From positions 32,001 to 96,000 of the forward strand of contig JAXMNT010000003.1 in NCBI GenBank assembly GCA_034670305.1: DNA of 64,000 nucleotides, written 5' to 3'. Shown here one piece after another: positions 60,204-64,000 of the stretch. The stretch's first letter is position 1; every line of letters starts with the position of its first letter. Both the position numbers and the translations under genes were made by a program. Below the pieces are notes generated by a model. It was not told the origin of the DNA, did not search any database, and saw nothing but the letters and a program-made list of their open reading frames with translations. The DNA is from Deltaproteobacteria bacterium (GTDB lineage Bacteria; Myxococcota_A; Polyangia; Polyangiales; Houyiibacteriaceae).

Positions 60204-61412
60204 GTGCACGAACCTTCGCCCCGGGCCCCGACCGAGTACCCCAGTCGGTTCATCCGCCGCGCACAAGCCCAGCGTGGATGGGGCGCGCTCGCGGATCTCT
60301 ACGGACGCTCACTCGGCCAGGGAGACGCGCTCGCGGACGACCTCGCGGCGTGGCTCGAAGCGAACCCCTCCGGCCGCCCTCTGTTCGAACGCGCGCTGAA
60401 CGAAGGCCTGTCCGCGCTCGACGATCCACCGGCTCCGCTGCGCGCGCTCTTCGAGTCGGTCGAGACCCGGCCCGCGTGGTTGAACGACGCGCAACTCGCG
60501 CTGGGCGCCGCCACCTGTCAGCGGTTCGGCCCCTCGCTGATGTTCGTACTGAGCGCCTGGTCGCTCATGAACGGCTACCACTCCGCGCCCGCGGTCAAAC
60601 CGCTGAGCTTCACCGGCCAACTCGATTCGATGGCCCCACGCCGGCTGGCGGAGACCGGACGCTTCGTCGTCGAGACCTGTCAGACCGGCGGCATGACGCG
60701 CTTCGCGCCCGGGTTCGTGCTCGCGGTTCGAGTGCGGGTGTTGCACGCGATGGTGCGGCGCATGATCACCAAGAGCGGCCGGTGGCAGACCGAAGACTGG
60801 GGCGTACCGATCAACCAGGCCGACATGGTCGGCACGATCATGGAGTTCTCGCTCCTGCTTCTCGAAGGCGCCCGCACCATGGGGTTCACCATCAGCGCGG
60901 AAGAGGCCGAAGCGGTCGTGCACCTTTGGCGGTACTCAGGCTACCTCGGTGGCGTCGACGAGGCCCTCTTGGAAGAGCTCTCCACCGAGGCGCGCGGCGT
61001 ACGGTTCGCGGAGCTCGTCAAACTCACGCAGCCTGGGCCCGACGCGGACTCGCTCAGCCTCGCCGCTGCGCTGCGGCTGGTGCCGATGCAGACCGCCAAG
61101 AGCCGGGTGCAGAAGTTCTTCGCGCCGATGATCGTCCGCTACCACGACGGACTGACCCACGTGTTCAACGGGCCCGACATCGCAGGCGCGTTGCACATCC
61201 CGAACCCGCGGTGGCGCCACGCGGTGCACGCCAGCCGCGCGATGGTGCGGGTGTTCGAAGTCGTGCGCCGTCTTCGCCCCGATGGAGACGAGTGGGCGAG
61301 TCGGGTGGGCAACAAGGCCCTTCGGGGCGAGATCGATCGCCTGCTGGGCGGAAGCGAACCCACCTTCCAGCCCAAGCGTGTCGCTCGGTCCTCGGCCCAA
61401 GCGCGGGCGTGA
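60204..61412 (+). CDS. MpaB/DUF2236 (Lcp-like) heme oxygenase family protein
   Basis: GDALAD, RRLAET, VRVLHAMVRR, WGVPINQAD, HLWRYSGYLGGV. Confidence 0.85.
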   Translation: MHEPSPRAPTEYPSRFIRRAQAQRGWGALADLYGRSLGQGDALADDLAAWLEANPSGRPLFERALNEGLSALDDPPAPLRALFESVETRPAWLNDAQLALGAATCQRFGPSLMFVLSAWSLMNGYHSAPAVKPLSFTGQLDSMAPRRLAETGRFVVETCQTGGMTRFAPGFVLAVRVRVLHAMVRRMITKSGRWQTEDWGVPINQADMVGTIMEFSLLLLEGARTMGFTISAEEAEAVVHLWRYSGYLGGVDEALLEELSTEARGVRFAELVKLTQPGPDADSLSLAAALRLVPMQTAKSRVQKFFAPMIVRYHDGLTHVFNGPDIAGALHIPNPRWRHAVHASRAMVRVFEVVRRLRPDGDEWASRVGNKALRGEIDRLLGGSEPTFQPKRVARSSAQARA

Positions 61413-61441
61413 CCCGACTCTCGGTCACTCGACGGTGAGCT

Positions 61442-63217
61442 TCACTCGACGGTGAGGTAGCGGCCCATCCAGTAGACGAACCGGAAGTCCACCGCGGGGT
61501 ACAACGTCGCGTCGTTGCCGGTCGCGTTCACGCGAAACGGGTTCGAGCGCCAGTGGAAGTTGCTCGGCGGGCGCACCGCCATCGGAATGGTGGTCGCCGC
61601 GATCAGCTCGTCGCCGCGACCGATCGCACCGAGCAGTTCCACTTCGCTTCCATCGTCGAGCTCACAGAGGAGCGCGGCGATCTCGGCCTCGTCGCATTGC
61701 ACCCGGCCCGTCGCCCAGATCGGCGCCGCCCCGAACCCGCGCAGGGTCTCGAGACCCTGGTCGCGCGCCACCGTCTCGCGCCCATCGGACGCGCGGAGCG
61801 GCACCCCCACGCTGCCGCCCATGACCGCCGAGGCGAAGACGAAGTCGAAGAAACTCTGCTCCAAGCTCGCGCCGTTGCGTTCCGCATCCGAGTGGTAGAG
61901 CGAACGATCGATGCCAGCCCGCACTTCGGTGGCCGCCTCGTCGTCGCAGAGGTATCGAGAAGCCAACCACGCTCCGTCGAACGCCATGTTGTAGTTCGAG
62001 TAGTTGGTCATCGTGCCGAAGTCGATCACCCCTGCGCTGTCGCGCGCGATCTCGTGCAGACGCCGTGCGCGTATCAAGTCGTTGAACACGTAGTCCTGCA
62101 CCACCTCGTCCCCGCCGATGCGGCCGAGCGCCGCCATGATGCCGAGCGCCATGATCGCGTGCATGCCGTTGTCTCGAAACCGCGGGATGTAGACGCGATC
62201 GATCGCGGACTCGTGGAGGTACGCGTGAAAGGTGAGGCGCCCGTCGGCGTCGTGGATCTCGAGGTCGTGCCCAGAGTCCCCGACCTCCATGAGCGTGCGC
62301 GCGATCGCGGTCGCGTCTTCGCGCAGGCGTGATTTGAGTTCGGCGTCGATGGTGGCGTCGTTCGCGATCACCTCCCAGAGCGCCGCCATGCCCACCACCC
62401 AGCCCACCAGCATGTCGCGGCTGCAGCTGTCCTCCCAAACGTAGTCTGGGTACGCACCGCTCTGATCGTCGCGCCAAGTCCCGTTGGTCTTCTCTTCTGG
62501 CAGAGGGTTGCCCTCCGCGTCGAAGAGCGGCACCACCTCTGCCGCGAACACGTCGCCGAACCGCAGGTCCCGTCGAATGTACCCGCGGGCGATGACCCCG
62601 GGTGCGCCGGTGATCTCGACCGCCCGGTGCATGCCATCCAGCGCGCCCACCACGTGCGCCCGCGCCCGCTCGACTTCGTCGCACGCGGCGCCTTCGTCCC
62701 GCAGCACCGCGTACCGAAACGCATCGGCCGCAGCGCCCACCCCAGCGTATGCGCCCGCGACCTTGGACCACGCCGCCATCTCTTCGACCGGCGTGCCCGC
62801 GAACACCTCGAGGTCCCAACCGTCGCTGTCCTGCAAGAACGCGCGCACCGTCTCTCGGTCCAGTTCGGATGCGATCGTCACCTCCGTGTTCACGCCGGTG
62901 TGGAGCGCCGCGATCGCATGAAACCCGCGGTCGTACCGCCGCGCCTGCGCCGCCATCGCCGCGTCGTGCGCCGCGGACGCCGAACCGGGAACGAGCGCGC
63001 CCCGCACCACCGGACCACGCCCGCACGTGGGCGGCTCGACCGGCGCGGGTGGGCGGCAGGTCGGCGCCGGCAACCGCACGAACGCATCGGTGCCGACGTC
63101 GGCCGGCGCATCCACGGCCTCGATCGCATCGGCCCCCGCGTCGCCCGCCGAGTCGTCGTCTCCGCCACAGGCGAACACGACGATTTGCATCCACGCGACG
63201 ATGGCCAGACCTCTCAT
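61442..63217 (-). CDS. uncharacterised lipoprotein, possibly (alpha/alpha) glycosidase-like fold
   Basis: Lipobox VFAC + DAG linker; G.IARG, WEDSCSRD, PAVDFRFVYWMGRY; fold is a guess. Confidence 0.65.
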   Translation of the reverse strand: MRGLAIVAWMQIVVFACGGDDDSAGDAGADAIEAVDAPADVGTDAFVRLPAPTCRPPAPVEPPTCGRGPVVRGALVPGSASAAHDAAMAAQARRYDRGFHAIAALHTGVNTEVTIASELDRETVRAFLQDSDGWDLEVFAGTPVEEMAAWSKVAGAYAGVGAAADAFRYAVLRDEGAACDEVERARAHVVGALDGMHRAVEITGAPGVIARGYIRRDLRFGDVFAAEVVPLFDAEGNPLPEEKTNGTWRDDQSGAYPDYVWEDSCSRDMLVGWVVGMAALWEVIANDATIDAELKSRLREDATAIARTLMEVGDSGHDLEIHDADGRLTFHAYLHESAIDRVYIPRFRDNGMHAIMALGIMAALGRIGGDEVVQDYVFNDLIRARRLHEIARDSAGVIDFGTMTNYSNYNMAFDGAWLASRYLCDDEAATEVRAGIDRSLYHSDAERNGASLEQSFFDFVFASAVMGGSVGVPLRASDGRETVARDQGLETLRGFGAAPIWATGRVQCDEAEIAALLCELDDGSEVELLGAIGRGDELIAATTIPMAVRPPSNFHWRSNPFRVNATGNDATLYPAVDFRFVYWMGRYLTVE

Positions 63218-63282
63218 CCCGCCAGTCTGCCCCATCGTTCAAGCTTCGTCTCAGGCGTTGGTTCGAGGTGGTGGCCCATGGA

Positions 63283-64000
63283 TCAAACGACGCCGAGTTC
63301 GCGCAGCTTCGGCACGATCCGTTGCTCGATGCAGTCGACGAACACCTCGCACGTCTGCGAGCCGCGCAACAGCCCGAGCGATTCGAGCGCCATCACCTCA
63401 GGGTTCGATTCCCGCTCGAGCTTCGCGTCGTCGAAGGGGCCACCGACCCGGGCCTCCATGGTCTGCAGATGCATCGCACACTCCGGCCAGAGATCCTTGG
63501 CGAACGCGGGCGGCAACTTCGGAAGCACGAACGCACCGACCCGCGCGCCGAGCGGTCCGTGCCGCGCTTCGTCGCGCAACAGTTCGGTGTAGGCCCAGAC
63601 CGCGATCGGCACGGACGCCATCGTGCGCGCACGCTGAAACGCCGCGGCACTCAACGACTCCCCGACGAGGAACCCGGGCACCGCAAGCCGCGCCAGCCGC
63701 TCCAGCACAGGAAGGTCCTCGAAGGTGCGCGGCGCCATCGCGCTCGACCTCGCGGGATGGCCAAGCGTTCGAAGCACGTGGTCGCACACCCGCACGTGGC
63801 GGGTTTCGTCTTCGACCACCCGGGCGGCGTCCTGAAGAAGCTCGAGCGGCGCGTCGACCGCCACCAGGTCGGCGACCAGCAGCGTCCCTGCGATCAACGA
63901 GTCGCGTTCGTCTTCGTAGAGGACCTGCCATCCGCGCGCGGCCCGAGCGAGGGTTGCCGCATCGAAGGACGCAGGGTCGAACGGCGGGGGAGGATCTCGA
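63283..64000 (-). CDS. ferritin-like diiron domain protein (5' end off window)
   Basis: DETRH and DEARH (DExxH) pair with GESLS; frame stays open to the window edge. Confidence 0.8.
   Translation of the reverse strand, partial: RDPPPPFDPASFDAATLARAARGWQVLYEDERDSLIAGTLLVADLVAVDAPLELLQDAARVVEDETRHVRVCDHVLRTLGHPARSSAMAPRTFEDLPVLERLARLAVPGFLVGESLSAAAFQRARTMASVPIAVWAYTELLRDEARHGPLGARVGAFVLPKLPPAFAKDLWPECAMHLQTMEARVGGPFDDAKLERESNPEVMALESLGLLRGSQTCEVFVDCIEQRIVPKLRELGVV

Overview
High-GC bacterial chromosomal segment, most consistent with a myxobacterium (Myxococcota, Polyangiales/Sandaracinaceae-like; inferred from MYXO-CTERM-like tails, Cys-rich CDGxDNDCDG repeats, DAG-rich lipoproteins and a PEGA-type Ser/Thr kinase). 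About 45 CDS can be supported. They include a menaquinone/isoprenoid operon (polyprenyl synthase-HMG-CoA reductase-menG-menF-menD-menH-menA), a stand-alone Zn-free rpsD, convergent ahpC/ahpD, tonB with a Fur-like box, tdk, a Ser/Thr kinase and a divergent polA. A 2969-aa VWA/Cys-repeat/FGE surface protein looks like two membrane-anchored proteins fused into one. A 13-gene minus-strand run includes a PNGase F-like lipoprotein, tandem beta-barrels and an orphan FliH/SctL. The rest of the window holds a GH15, an intact plus degenerate histidine-kinase pair, MATE, rsmE, prmA, MMPL, an orphan Lhr/BrxHI-like helicase, an SCP2-type thiolase, yqgE, plsC and others. No rRNA, tRNA, CRISPR array or transposase was recognised. 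The least explained signal is a family of four intergenic, modular hexanucleotide arrays, three of which share non-repetitive junction sequences. All calls come from reading motifs by eye; no searches were run.
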